From contig JAUNPO010000001.1 of the NCBI GenBank assembly GCA_030536665.1, forward strand, positions 5,336 through 57,054: a DNA stretch of 51,719 nucleotides, in the 5' to 3' direction. This DNA comes from Pseudomonadota bacterium. GTDB taxonomy: Bacteria; Pseudomonadota; Alphaproteobacteria; RF32; CAG-239. This document shows positions 26,596 through 36,069 of this stretch, piece after piece. The first letter of the stretch is position 1, and every line of letters begins with the position of its first letter. The notes under the pieces were generated by a model that saw nothing but the letters and a program-made list of their open reading frames with translations, ran no database searches and was not told where the DNA came from. The translations under genes were made by a program, and so were the position numbers.

Positions 26596-27369
26596 TTAGT
26601 TATTGTCGAATTGCTGCGTTGAAATTTGTAATTTCTTGCGAATGGATTTTCTGACTTTTTTTATCGGAATCAAGCAGCACAAGGCGTTGACAACAGTGCG
26701 TTTGACGGCAAAAAGCTTTTTATGCAGCAGTGTTTTGGCCAAATCTTTTTGTGACGAAAGCTTTCGGTCTTTCAAAATCGTTTTAAATTCTTCTTTTTTA
26801 TCAGAATAAAGATCTTTTTTATTGTCAAATTCCAAGCGGACAAAGGTAACGTTTTTATTTAATTCTTTTATTTCCATACCCTTGTAGTCAGCTTTCATAT
26901 CAACGACAATAACGTCAATATTTTTTCCCGGAAATCTCTGTTGCAGAAGTTTCTGCGCTTCAACGGCATCTTCTTCCCGAACCGGCTCGTTGCTGGTGTT
27001 CATGAAAAGGACGTTTTTGGCGCTCTCAACATATTCATAAACGCGTTGAATCCGGCGCTCAAACATCGCTTTGGCTTTTTTGCAAGCTTCGTCAAACGGC
27101 AGATCTTTTTCAACGCAATGATAAAACAAATAATGCTCAGGGTACTGCGTATAAGGAAGGTGGTTGCCGTTTTCTCCCTCAACCCGTTTCAGCTGTTCGG
27201 CGATAAAATAATTCTTAAATCCGTTGGCAACCAAAGTTGCCGGAATTGTAACATTATCAAAACCAACCCAGTCAAACGGATATGATTCCAATTGCAGATT
27301 GTTATGACGCAAATGGAAAGAAGCGGAACAAAAATTCCCGAGGGGAATGGCAACGTCATATTTTCTCAT
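26596..27369 (-). CDS. DUF1796-like (putative papain-like peptidase fold) protein with a basic C-terminal IPxKKxRK tail
   Basis: The N-terminus reads IPLGNFCSASFHLR…SYPFDWVG, as I recall for DUF1796. The C-terminus is CCLIPIKKVRKSIRKKL. Confidence 0.45.
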   Translation of the reverse strand: MRKYDVAIPLGNFCSASFHLRHNNLQLESYPFDWVGFDNVTIPATLVANGFKNYFIAEQLKRVEGENGNHLPYTQYPEHYLFYHCVEKDLPFDEACKKAKAMFERRIQRVYEYVESAKNVLFMNTSNEPVREEDAVEAQKLLQQRFPGKNIDVIVVDMKADYKGMEIKELNKNVTFVRLEFDNKKDLYSDKKEEFKTILKDRKLSSQKDLAKTLLHKKLFAVKRTVVNALCCLIPIKKVRKSIRKKLQISTQQFDNN

Positions 27370-27963
27370 TTATAAAACCTTTCTTGAATTTAAAGCCAGC
27401 TGGATAGTGCCTTCATCCATGTAGTCCAGTTCGGCGCCCATCGGGATTCCCTGCGCCAGAGTTGTCACTTTTATATCATAATTTTTCAGTTGTTGTAACA
27501 GATAGTTTGTCGTTATCTGCCCGTCAATGGTCGCCGGCAAAGCCAGGATGATTTCTTTGATATTTTCTTTTTCAATTCTGTTGAAAAGCTTATCAATATT
27601 TAAATCTTCGGCAGAAATACCGTCAAGAGCGGAAAGGATGCCGCCCAAAACATGATACTTGCCCTTAAACATAGAAACGCGCTCCATCGCCCACAAATCG
27701 GCCACATCCTGCACCACGCAGACAACACCGTCTTCCCGGCTCTGAGATGAACAAATAGAGCAGGGGGATTCTGTATCGTAATTTCCGCAGATGTCGCAGG
27801 TCTTTACATTGGCGGCAACCTGCTGCATGGCGTCAATCAGCGGCAAAAACAGCGATTCCCGCTTTTTGAGGAGCTGCAGGACGATTCTGCGGGATGAGCG
27901 TGTTCCCAAAGCCGGCAGCTTTGCCACCAGCTTGACGAGTTTTTCAATATCTTTTCCGGCCAC
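27370..27963 (-). CDS. recR: Recombination protein RecR
   Basis: Zinc finger CDICGNYDTESPCSICS and a Toprim domain. Confidence 0.93.
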   Translation of the reverse strand: MAGKDIEKLVKLVAKLPALGTRSSRRIVLQLLKKRESLFLPLIDAMQQVAANVKTCDICGNYDTESPCSICSSQSREDGVVCVVQDVADLWAMERVSMFKGKYHVLGGILSALDGISAEDLNIDKLFNRIEKENIKEIILALPATIDGQITTNYLLQQLKNYDIKVTTLAQGIPMGAELDYMDEGTIQLALNSRKVL

Positions 27964-27976
27964 GGTTTTTTATCTC

Positions 27977-28315
27977 TTAAAAGGGAAGTTTCAGCCCGGG
28001 AATATTCATACCGCCGGTCGCGTCTTTCATGCCGTCGCTCATCATGGCTTCAACTTTATTTTTGGCATCATTGCTGGCGGCAACGATTAAATCTTCCAAA
28101 ATGTCTGCTTCGTCAGCGACAATAAGCGACTTGTCAAGCTCAACTTTCTTCATTTCAAATTTTCCGCTCATGGTAACTTTTACCATACCGCCGCCGCTGA
28201 CGCCGATAACTTCCTGCTGCGCCAGTTTCTCCTGCATATCTTCCATTTTTTTCTGCATGGCTTGAGCTTGTTTCATGATTCCTTGAATGTTTAACATATT
28301 GTTATTCCTCATCAA
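27977..28315 (-). CDS. ybaB: Nucleoid-associated protein YbaB/EbfC
   Basis: Contains …IMKQAQAMQKKMEDMQEKLAQQEV.GVSGGGMVKVTMSG…. The start may be an internal Met, because the ORF overlaps the dnaX stop. Confidence 0.88.
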   Translation of the reverse strand: MMRNNNMLNIQGIMKQAQAMQKKMEDMQEKLAQQEVIGVSGGGMVKVTMSGKFEMKKVELDKSLIVADEADILEDLIVAASNDAKNKVEAMMSDGMKDATGGMNIPGLKLPF

Positions 28316-30041
28316 AATTTAAATCAGTATAATTAAGTTCATTTTCTTCGCCGCCGAATGAAGATGTTTCGTCATCATCATTTTCCATAATTTTTCGTGT
28401 CAGCGTTTCAATTTTTGCTCCTTTGAATTCCGCCATAATTGCCTTGACCAAAGGATATTCCATAATATTGCGTCTTTCTTCTTCTGTCTTGGCGTTTTCT
28501 TTCTGTGAAATCGTCTGCCCTAAGGAACCTTTTATGATTTCTATCTTCCAGCTTTTCCCGGTTGCTTCTTCCAAAATTTTATGCAGATTGAGAATATAGT
28601 CGGGATTTATTTTCTCTGAAAGCGTTACTTTCATAAACCCGTCTTCAAAATGCTCAACCGACAGGTCGTTTTTAAAAGCATAAAGAACAAGAAGCTTCCG
28701 GCTTTCTTCCAAAAGGCGGATAAAATCATCAACTGTTCTTAAAACCTTAAAGCCGTTAGCCGTATTTTCTTGACCGGAATAAGCGCTTTCCGGCTTTGCC
28801 GCAGGGGAGTTATTTACATCTTGGGGTTGCCTGGCAAACACCGGTAAAGGGCGTTCCTGCCCTAAATTAGAGTTTTTTTTTACGTCGTTTAAAAGTTCAT
28901 ACGGCGTTGGCAGGCTGGCGGCGTAAGCGATTCTGATTAAAATCATCTCCAAGGCGTCAATTTGCAACGGAGCTATTTGCAGCTCGCTGATGCCCTTAAT
29001 CATCATCTGCCAGATTTTGGAGAGAATGGCAATGGAAACGCTCACCGACATCCGTTTGGCAAAATCTTTTTCTTCTTCCGAAACCGCCGGGTCGTCAATA
29101 GAACCGGGAATAATGCGGGTTTTGGCAACCAAGTGGGTGATGTTGATTAAATCCTGTAAAATAGTAACCGGATTGGCGCCGTTCTTATACTGAAGCTGTA
29201 ATAATGTAATAACCTTATCGACATTTCCGGCCACCAGATTTTCAAAAAGTTCAAAATTCTGTGTCCGGTCAGCCAATCCGATCATATTTTTGACAACATC
29301 GACTTTGACATTGCCGACACCGAGCGATATTGCCTGGTCGAGCAAAGACGTGCCGTCACGGGCAGAACCGTCCGCCGCGCGAGCCAAAAGCTGTAATGCT
29401 TCCTCGTCTGCTTTCAGATTTTCAGCACTGATGATTTTATGGAACATTGTCATCAGCTCATCAATCTTCAAGCGCTGCAAATCAAAGCGCTGGCAGCGGG
29501 AGAGAATGGTAACCGGAACTTTGCGGATTTCTGTCGTCGCAAAAATAAATTTAACGTGTGACGGTGGTTCTTCCAGTGTTTTCAGCAAGGCGTTAAACGC
29601 ATTTTTTGACAGCATGTGAACTTCGTCGATGATATAAATTTTATAACGCGCATTGGTCGGTTTATAGCGAACGCCGTCCAAAATTTCCCGGATGTCGTCA
29701 ACGCCGGTGCGTGACGCCGCGTCAAGCTCCATAACATCAATATGCCGGCCGGCAGTAATTGCTTTGCAGTTTTCGCAAACGCCGCAGGGATGAACCGTTG
29801 GGCCGCCTTTGCCATCCAAACCTGTACAGTTAAGCGCCTTGGCGATAATTCTGGCGGTCGAAGTCTTTCCGACGCCGCGGATGCCGGTTAAAATATAAGC
29901 ATGGTGCAGGCGGTTGTTTTTTATGGCATTGGTTAATGTCTGCACCAAAGCATCCTGCCCCAGCAAATCTTCAAAATTTTGCGGGCGGTACTTGCGAGCC
30001 AAAATAACATATTGATTATCTTTGTTTTCTTCTTCTGCCAT
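28302..30041 (-). CDS. dnaX: DNA polymerase III subunit tau (and possibly gamma)
   Basis: AAA+ P-loop GIRGVGKTST, a zinc module CGVCENC and the typical domains I-III. An A9 run sits at codons 387-390. Confidence 0.93.
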   Translation of the reverse strand: MAEEENKDNQYVILARKYRPQNFEDLLGQDALVQTLTNAIKNNRLHHAYILTGIRGVGKTSTARIIAKALNCTGLDGKGGPTVHPCGVCENCKAITAGRHIDVMELDAASRTGVDDIREILDGVRYKPTNARYKIYIIDEVHMLSKNAFNALLKTLEEPPSHVKFIFATTEIRKVPVTILSRCQRFDLQRLKIDELMTMFHKIISAENLKADEEALQLLARAADGSARDGTSLLDQAISLGVGNVKVDVVKNMIGLADRTQNFELFENLVAGNVDKVITLLQLQYKNGANPVTILQDLINITHLVAKTRIIPGSIDDPAVSEEEKDFAKRMSVSVSIAILSKIWQMMIKGISELQIAPLQIDALEMILIRIAYAASLPTPYELLNDVKKNSNLGQERPLPVFARQPQDVNNSPAAKPESAYSGQENTANGFKVLRTVDDFIRLLEESRKLLVLYAFKNDLSVEHFEDGFMKVTLSEKINPDYILNLHKILEEATGKSWKIEIIKGSLGQTISQKENAKTEEERRNIMEYPLVKAIMAEFKGAKIETLTRKIMENDDDETSSFGGEENELNYTDLNFDEE

Positions 30042-30065
30042 AAAACCAATCTTTGAAAAAAAGTG

Positions 30066-30158
30066 AAAAGGCGGAGGAACACTGACCTTAATCGGTTCGT
30101 TACGGCTGCTTTCTTCCGAACCTGACCGGGTTGGCGAAAGATTAACCCAATGCCCTCC
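30066..30158 (-). ncRNA. ffs: Signal recognition particle RNA (4.5S, small type)
   Basis: The minus strand reads GGAGGGCAUUGGGUUAAUCUUUCGCCAACCCGGUCAGGUUCGGAAGAAAGCAGCCGUAACGAACCGAUUAAGGUCAGUGUUCCUCC. It contains the conserved GGUCAGGU.CGGAAG.AAGCAGCC domain IV core, and the 5' and 3' ends pair. It sits in the classical position upstream of dnaX. The ends are approximate. Confidence 0.8.
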
Positions 30159-30164
30159 ATTGAC

Positions 30165-30193
30165 AATATCCCTGAAATCTTATTATTTTTCAA
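30165..30193 (-). promoter_or_regulatory. Putative ffs promoter TTGAAA-N17-GATATT
   Basis: Minus-strand hexamers with a 17-nt spacer. The -10 element ends about 6 nt before the first G of the SRP RNA. Confidence 0.5.
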
Positions 30194-30222
30194 GGAAAAA
30201 ATCAATATTTTACGCGCTATTT

Positions 30223-31737
30223 TTACTGTGGGATAACGACATTCAATTCTTTCAGCGCTTTACGGATAATTTCCATTTCAGAATCTTGCGGAATCTCATA
30301 AACCGGCTGGTTTTCAGCCTCCAAAACCCGACCATAAATGGCAATTTGCGCCGCTTCGGTATTCTTGCCGAATATTTGCGGAGCTTTATAGTCCGGCGTA
30401 ACATAAACGCTGTTGCCGCTGAAGCCGTATTCCGGAGCCGTATTGAATTTACGGGGAGCCGGACTGACGACTTTGTCGCCGTTTTCCGTAATTTCAACAA
30501 TATCCAAACTATGCTCGTTCGTGCCGTTTGCAAATAAGCGGAAAACGCCGTTAATGCCGATATAGCCTTCCGGAGCCGTAATGGCGCCGTTCAGGTTTTC
30601 ATTGCCTTTCTTGGACAGGGAGGCGGCCAGCGCCACGGCGTCATAAGCCAAAGAATAAAGGCTGTGTGGTTTTTCGCCGAACATTTCGCTGTACTTGTTG
30701 GCAAAATAAGCGCTGTGTGAACGGGACAATGCCGGATACCATGCGCCCGCCGCCATTGTTTCTTTGCTTAAATCCGTATTTTCCCAAATGGCTGTTCCCA
30801 AAAATTTAACTTTGGGGGCATAAACGTCATAATAACCGAACATTGAAAAGGCGGACTTCAACCGGGAACCGGATTCGGGAATAATAACCGCGTCAAAATC
30901 AACATCGCCGAGCGCCTGGATTCTTTCCAGTCTTTTCAAAGCCCTTTTGGCGTTCATATTGCCTTTGTTGGCCTGAGCCGTCAACGAACTCCTGATTCTT
31001 TTCAGACGGTTGCTGCGAATGTCATAATCCGTCAGGTTTTTGACCGGATCGGCAAAGTTTGTGGTGTTAGCCGGATAAAAGGAAATTTTGCTGATGCTGG
31101 CGCCGTTTTGCTGAGCGGCGTTAACCGCTGCCCGGGCGATGGCGATACCTGTCTGGTTGTCCGGCAAAAGCAGTGCAAAACGGGAACGTTTCTGGCTGGC
31201 GGCATAACTGATAATGCGGTTAACCTGTTCGTCAACCAGCAGCCCTAAAGTATAAACCTGAGGCTCCAAAACGCTTTCGTTGGTAGAAAATGCAATAACC
31301 GGAATATCCTTATATGTTGTTTCGTCTTTAATCGCGTTGACGGAAGAGCTCATTAACGGGCCGATAATCAGGCTGGCATTTTGGGCAATGGCGTTTTCAA
31401 CGGCAACTCTTGCGCCGCTGGCCGTACTCTGCGTATCGTAAAACTGCAGAATAAGGTTATCGTTCTGCACATCATCCAAAGCCATCAGCGCGGCATTTTT
31501 CAAGCCCAGGCCGTATTTAGATGCTTCGCCGCTCAACGGCAAAAGCATACCGACGCGAAAATTTCCGTCATTAATGACATCGCGGTTAATCAGATTAATG
31601 CTGTCATAGGAATTTAAATTCTCGTACATAACTGCCGTGTCATATCCGGTAATTGCCGGAGCTGTCCGGGTTGAGCTGCTGCAGCCGGCCAAAATAAAAG
31701 CGGCAAAAAGAAAAACATATTTTTTTAACACTTGCAT
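30223..31737 (-). CDS. Lipoprotein with a type-1 periplasmic-binding fold (LppC/LpoA-like penicillin-binding-protein activator)
   Basis: Lipobox FILAGC|SSS. It is 504 aa and divergent from rsmI, as LppC/LpoA genes are in many proteobacteria. Confidence 0.55.
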   Translation of the reverse strand: MQVLKKYVFLFAAFILAGCSSSTRTAPAITGYDTAVMYENLNSYDSINLINRDVINDGNFRVGMLLPLSGEASKYGLGLKNAALMALDDVQNDNLILQFYDTQSTASGARVAVENAIAQNASLIIGPLMSSSVNAIKDETTYKDIPVIAFSTNESVLEPQVYTLGLLVDEQVNRIISYAASQKRSRFALLLPDNQTGIAIARAAVNAAQQNGASISKISFYPANTTNFADPVKNLTDYDIRSNRLKRIRSSLTAQANKGNMNAKRALKRLERIQALGDVDFDAVIIPESGSRLKSAFSMFGYYDVYAPKVKFLGTAIWENTDLSKETMAAGAWYPALSRSHSAYFANKYSEMFGEKPHSLYSLAYDAVALAASLSKKGNENLNGAITAPEGYIGINGVFRLFANGTNEHSLDIVEITENGDKVVSPAPRKFNTAPEYGFSGNSVYVTPDYKAPQIFGKNTEAAQIAIYGRVLEAENQPVYEIPQDSEMEIIRKALKELNVVIPQ

Positions 31738-31814
31738 TTTTCCTTAAAAAACATCATTCTGATAAGCGTATATTACAGATTTAGAATAAAAAATACGGAT
31801 TGTAAAGAATAAAC

Positions 31815-32654
31815 ATGAAAAGCGGATTATACATTGTTGCCACGCCAATCGGAAATCTGGGAGATATTTCTCCCCGCGCTGTTGAAACGTTAAGCGAAGC
31901 GGACGTCATAGCCTGCGAGGATACCAGAATAAGCAAAAAACTGTTGTCTTTGCTGGGTGTCAGCCTGAACAAAACTTTTCTGACATTGCACGACCATAAC
32001 GAAAGCGAACGGTTGCAGCAGATAATCTCATTGATAACGGAAGAGGGAAAAAGCATTGCCCTGATTAGCGATGCCGGATCTCCGCTGATTTCCGACCCGG
32101 GTTATAAGCTGATTCGCGAATGCCGCCGCCATGGCGTTGCCGTCACAACGCTGCCTGGCTGCTGCGCTTTAATTTGCGCTTTGCAGCTGTCTGGTTTGCC
32201 GACTAACCGCTTTATGTTTGCCGGTTTTATCCCGAATAAAGATAAAGCCCGGGCGGAAACTTTTTCTTCGGTAAAAGATATTGATGCGACCATTGTTTTT
32301 TATGAAACCGCCAACCGCATTGTCAAGACATTGGCTGTTGCCGCAGAGGTCTTTGGCGGCAGGGAACTGGCCGTTGCCCGCGAAATTACCAAAATGTATG
32401 AAGAATGTTTGAACGGAACCGCCGAAGAATTGATAGAACATTTTTCCAAACAGGAACCGCGCGGCGAAATGGTTTTAATGATTTCTCCGCCGGACAAAAC
32501 TGAAAAAATTTCTGAAACGGACGTTGAAGCCCTGCTGCGCGAGAAGCTGAAAAACATGAGTGTCAAGTCTGCGGTAAGGGATTTGGTCGATAGCTGCGGC
32601 CTGAATAAAAACGATGTATATGAACTGGCTTTGAAGATTAAAAATGAACAATAA
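31815..32654 (+). CDS. rsmI: 16S rRNA (cytidine1402-2'-O)-methyltransferase RsmI
   Basis: LYIVATPIGNLGDIS…CEDTR… tetrapyrrole-methylase fold. Confidence 0.9.
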   Translation: MKSGLYIVATPIGNLGDISPRAVETLSEADVIACEDTRISKKLLSLLGVSLNKTFLTLHDHNESERLQQIISLITEEGKSIALISDAGSPLISDPGYKLIRECRRHGVAVTTLPGCCALICALQLSGLPTNRFMFAGFIPNKDKARAETFSSVKDIDATIVFYETANRIVKTLAVAAEVFGGRELAVAREITKMYEECLNGTAEELIEHFSKQEPRGEMVLMISPPDKTEKISETDVEALLREKLKNMSVKSAVRDLVDSCGLNKNDVYELALKIKNEQ

Positions 32655-32994
32655 TCTTTCCGGACATCTGGCAGAATTTTTGGCACGGCAGCTGTTTCGC
32701 CTCAAGGGCTACCGGATTGTCTGCAAAAATTATGTAACGGGAAGGGGAACGTCTGCCGGAGAAATTGATTTTATTGCCGTTCGCTTCAAAACTATTGTCT
32801 TTGTCGAGGTGAAAAAACGCCGGGATAAAGAAACGGCGGCTTATGCCGTCAAGCCGGCTCAACAGAAACGCATTCGTACCGCTGCTGAAAACTTTTTAGC
32901 CAAACATTCTGCTTACCGGGATTATGATGTCCGCTTTGATGCCGTTTTGGTTTGTTTTCCCCGTTACTTCCGGCACATTCAAAATGCCTTTTAG
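32644..32994 (+). CDS. yraN: YraN-family (UPF0102) endonuclease-like protein
   Basis: Contains GEIDFIA……VFVEVKKR. It follows rsmI. Confidence 0.8.
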   Translation: MNNNLSGHLAEFLARQLFRLKGYRIVCKNYVTGRGTSAGEIDFIAVRFKTIVFVEVKKRRDKETAAYAVKPAQQKRIRTAAENFLAKHSAYRDYDVRFDAVLVCFPRYFRHIQNAF

Positions 32995-32996
32995 CC

Positions 32997-34244
32997 TTAT
33001 CCGGCTTTATCTGTTTCTGAAATAATCCCTTTGGCCTGACACATAAGCTCATCAAAGGTCAGCGTGAAGTTGCTGTCAATCCATGCATTCTCCAGCTGCC
33101 TTAAAACGTCGCTGATACGGTGGTTGTTCATAATGCCGGCGTCAATGATATTCTTTCCTTTAACCTGAAATACGGGGATTTCCAAAGTGTTAATCCGCTC
33201 AATGATTTCAGCAAAGTTTTCAGGTTCCGTTTTGTTAAGCGCGGCAATAATCAAAAACTTGTTGAAACAGAAATCGCATCCGTACAGATACAGCAGTTTT
33301 CTAAGGCCTTTTTCCGTCATAAACTCTTCGAGAGAAGGATTATAAACTGACCAGCTGACAAACAATTCCTTGTCCTTTCTGCTTAATTTCAGGCGGCAGG
33401 CAAGATTTTCCGCCAGTTTTTCATCCGGCGTATATAAAATAAACAAACGCCGCAGAACTTCCTGTTTTATTTTGTGTTTGTTAACCAAATCAATAAGAAA
33501 CTGCAGCTTGTCCAGATTAGGGCTGTCCGGCAGAAAATGAATCAGAATTTCATTGTCGAACATAATCTGCAGCGTTTTGACGGCATTGGATGTCATCAGT
33601 ATTTTTCCGAGCTCGTCACGGATTCGCTCACTGGACAAAGTCTTTATGCCGTCTTTGTTTTCAATGCAGGCTTTCAGCGCTTTGGCGTCAATTTCGCCCT
33701 TGCCGAATATGGAATAAAAACGAAAGAAACGCAAAATCCGCAAATAATCTTCTTTGATACGCTGCCCGGCATTGCCGATAAAGCGGACAACGCCGTTTTC
33801 CAAATCGTCAATTCCGTTATAATAATCAAAAACGGAGCCTTTTTCGTCGGCATAAATCGCGTTGATTGTCAAATCGCGCCGGGAAGCGTCGCTTTCCCAG
33901 TCGGAAGTAAATTCGACAACGGCATGCCGCCCGTCTGTTTTGATATCCTTTCTTAAAGAGGTTACTTCCAGCGTCTGATTGTTCAAAACCACGCCGACAG
34001 TTCCGAATTTAATGCCGATGGGAACGGTTTTCAAACCGCTTTCTTCACAGGCTTCGACCAGTTCTTCCGGTGACAAGTCCGTCGCCAGGTCAATGTCAAA
34101 ATTTTTTATGCCGGCTAATGTGTCCCTGACCGCACCGCCGACAAAGCGCAAAACGCCGCCGTGATTCTCCACGGTTCTGAACAGTTTGAAAATTTTCTTG
34201 TCAGTAACAAGCTGGCTTACGTCAATATAATTATCTCTAATCAT
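32997..34244 (-). CDS. cca: CCA-adding enzyme / poly(A) polymerase family nucleotidyltransferase
   Basis: Head domain FVGGAVRDTLAG…DIDLAT and RRDLTINAIY. Confidence 0.85.
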   Translation of the reverse strand: MIRDNYIDVSQLVTDKKIFKLFRTVENHGGVLRFVGGAVRDTLAGIKNFDIDLATDLSPEELVEACEESGLKTVPIGIKFGTVGVVLNNQTLEVTSLRKDIKTDGRHAVVEFTSDWESDASRRDLTINAIYADEKGSVFDYYNGIDDLENGVVRFIGNAGQRIKEDYLRILRFFRFYSIFGKGEIDAKALKACIENKDGIKTLSSERIRDELGKILMTSNAVKTLQIMFDNEILIHFLPDSPNLDKLQFLIDLVNKHKIKQEVLRRLFILYTPDEKLAENLACRLKLSRKDKELFVSWSVYNPSLEEFMTEKGLRKLLYLYGCDFCFNKFLIIAALNKTEPENFAEIIERINTLEIPVFQVKGKNIIDAGIMNNHRISDVLRQLENAWIDSNFTLTFDELMCQAKGIISETDKAG

Positions 34245-34339
34245 GGCAAAATCCTAAATCTTTCAAAGAAATTAACATTTTTTATATATTTTTCAAATAC
34301 TATTATGTAAAAATAACGAGGATTTGTGAGTATATTGGT

Positions 34340-34867
34340 ATGATTAAATTTAATTTTACGTCTTTGGCCGTTTTAGGGGCCTTGCTTTTCAACGTTAACC
34401 CGGTTGCCGCTGCCGGCAAGAGCGGTCCGCAGTTGATTGGGGAATATAAAGACTGGGCGGCATATTACTATAATGATCCGCAGGGAATGATTTGCTATAT
34501 TGCTTCCACCCCGAAAAAAGATGAAGGCAAATATTCAAGCCGCGGCGATATATATGCGGTCGTCACCCATCGCCCGAATGAAAAAAGCTTTGACGTCGTT
34601 AATTTCGTCGCCGGTTATACATACAAACCGGGCGCCAAGGTTGTTGTAAAAATCGGCAATACGACGATTGATGACCTGTTCACCGAAGGGGACAAAGCCT
34701 GGACGGTAAACGAAACGGCGGATAAAAGATTGGTTGACGCCATGAAAAAAGGCCAGCGGATGATTATTCACGGCACATCGTCAAAAGGAACGGCAACCAA
34801 AGACACTTATTCGCTGAATGGTTTTTTGAGCGCGTATAAAGCCATTAATTCTAAGTGTAAGAGATAA
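34340..34867 (+). CDS. Invasion-associated locus B (IalB)-family periplasmic protein
   Basis: Signal peptide, then …YKDWAAYYYNDPQGMICYIAS…, which resembles the IalB family. Confidence 0.55.
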   Translation: MIKFNFTSLAVLGALLFNVNPVAAAGKSGPQLIGEYKDWAAYYYNDPQGMICYIASTPKKDEGKYSSRGDIYAVVTHRPNEKSFDVVNFVAGYTYKPGAKVVVKIGNTTIDDLFTEGDKAWTVNETADKRLVDAMKKGQRMIIHGTSSKGTATKDTYSLNGFLSAYKAINSKCKR

Positions 34868-34870
34868 TAT

Positions 34871-35941
34871 ATGGCGGACAAAACAGAACTTATCGGCTTA
34901 AGCAAAGAAGAATTGTCGCAAGCCGTTGCCGATATCGGCGAGAAGCCTTTTCGTGCCAAACAGCTGTGGCAGTGGCTGTATTTCCACGGAGAAACGGATT
35001 TTGCCAAGATGAGCAACCTCTCCAAAGATTTGAGAGCCAAGCTGGCGGAACATTTCACGATTACCCGGCCGAAAATTGTTGCGGAACAGATTTCCGTTGA
35101 TAAAACCCACAAATGGCTGCTGGAGTTTGCCGACGGCCAGCGGATTGAAACCGTTTATATTCCGGAAGAAGACCGCGGCGCTGTCTGTATTTCCACGCAA
35201 GTCGGCTGTGCGATGGGCTGTAAGTTCTGCCATACCGGCAGCCAGAAAATCACCCGCAATCTGACCGCCGGAGAAATTGTCAGCCAGTTTATGGTTGCCC
35301 GTGATGTCTACAAAGAATGGCCAAGCCCGAAAGATGAAACCCGCTATTTGTCGAACATTGTTGTTATGGGAATGGGCGAGCCTTTGCAAAATCTTGATAA
35401 TGTTATCAAAGCGCTGAATATCATAACGGACGGGGAGGGGATTTCTCTGTCCAAACGCCGCGTAACATTGTCTACTTCGGGAATTGCGCCGAATATTATC
35501 CCCTTAGTCAAGGCGACAGGCGTAAAGCTGGCCGTCAGCCTCCATGCGCCGAATAATGAAAAACGGTCGCAGATTATGCCGATTAACAAAAAATATCCGC
35601 TGGAAGAAGTTTTACAGGCGTGCCATGATTATCAGCAGTTGGAAGGCAGCCATTTTGTGACTTTTGAATACCTGATGTTGAAAGATTTCAACGATTCTCT
35701 TGCCGATGCGCATGAGTTGATGGATTTAATGCGCCGCTTCAAAATCAATGCCAAATTTAATTTGATAGCATTCAATCCCTGGCCCGGCTGCGATTATGAA
35801 CCGAGTTCCCGCAATAAAATTTTTGCCTTTTCGCGGGAATTGCAAAACAATCGTTTTGCCGCGCCGATACGCGTTGCCCGCGGACAGGATATTTTAGCCG
35901 CCTGCGGCCAACTGAAATCTAAAAAAGACGAACAGAAATAA
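34871..35941 (+). CDS. rlmN: 23S rRNA/tRNA (adenine-C2)-methyltransferase RlmN (radical SAM)
   Basis: Radical-SAM motif CAMGCKFCHTG and the C-terminal ACGQL. Confidence 0.92.
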   Translation: MADKTELIGLSKEELSQAVADIGEKPFRAKQLWQWLYFHGETDFAKMSNLSKDLRAKLAEHFTITRPKIVAEQISVDKTHKWLLEFADGQRIETVYIPEEDRGAVCISTQVGCAMGCKFCHTGSQKITRNLTAGEIVSQFMVARDVYKEWPSPKDETRYLSNIVVMGMGEPLQNLDNVIKALNIITDGEGISLSKRRVTLSTSGIAPNIIPLVKATGVKLAVSLHAPNNEKRSQIMPINKKYPLEEVLQACHDYQQLEGSHFVTFEYLMLKDFNDSLADAHELMDLMRRFKINAKFNLIAFNPWPGCDYEPSSRNKIFAFSRELQNNRFAAPIRVARGQDILAACGQLKSKKDEQK

Positions 35942-35946
35942 TTTTG

Positions 35947-35978
35947 CCAATCCCCTTCCTGTCCGAGAAGGGGATTGG
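35947..35978 (+). terminator. Hairpin after rlmN
   Basis: 12-bp stem ccaatccccttc/gaaggggattgg. The trailing U tract is weak. Confidence 0.5.
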
Positions 35979-36033
35979 TCCAGTATCAATCTTTCTACAT
36001 TTCTTCCTGGCAAAACAACTTCATAAAAACAAC

Positions 36034-36062
36034 TTGCTAAAATAACACCCCTGTGCTACCCT
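36034..36062 (+). promoter_or_regulatory. Putative promoter of leader copy A (TTGCTA-N17-TACCCT)
   Basis: It is conserved in position and architecture with copy B. Confidence 0.45.
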
Positions 36063-36069
36063 TTATTTT

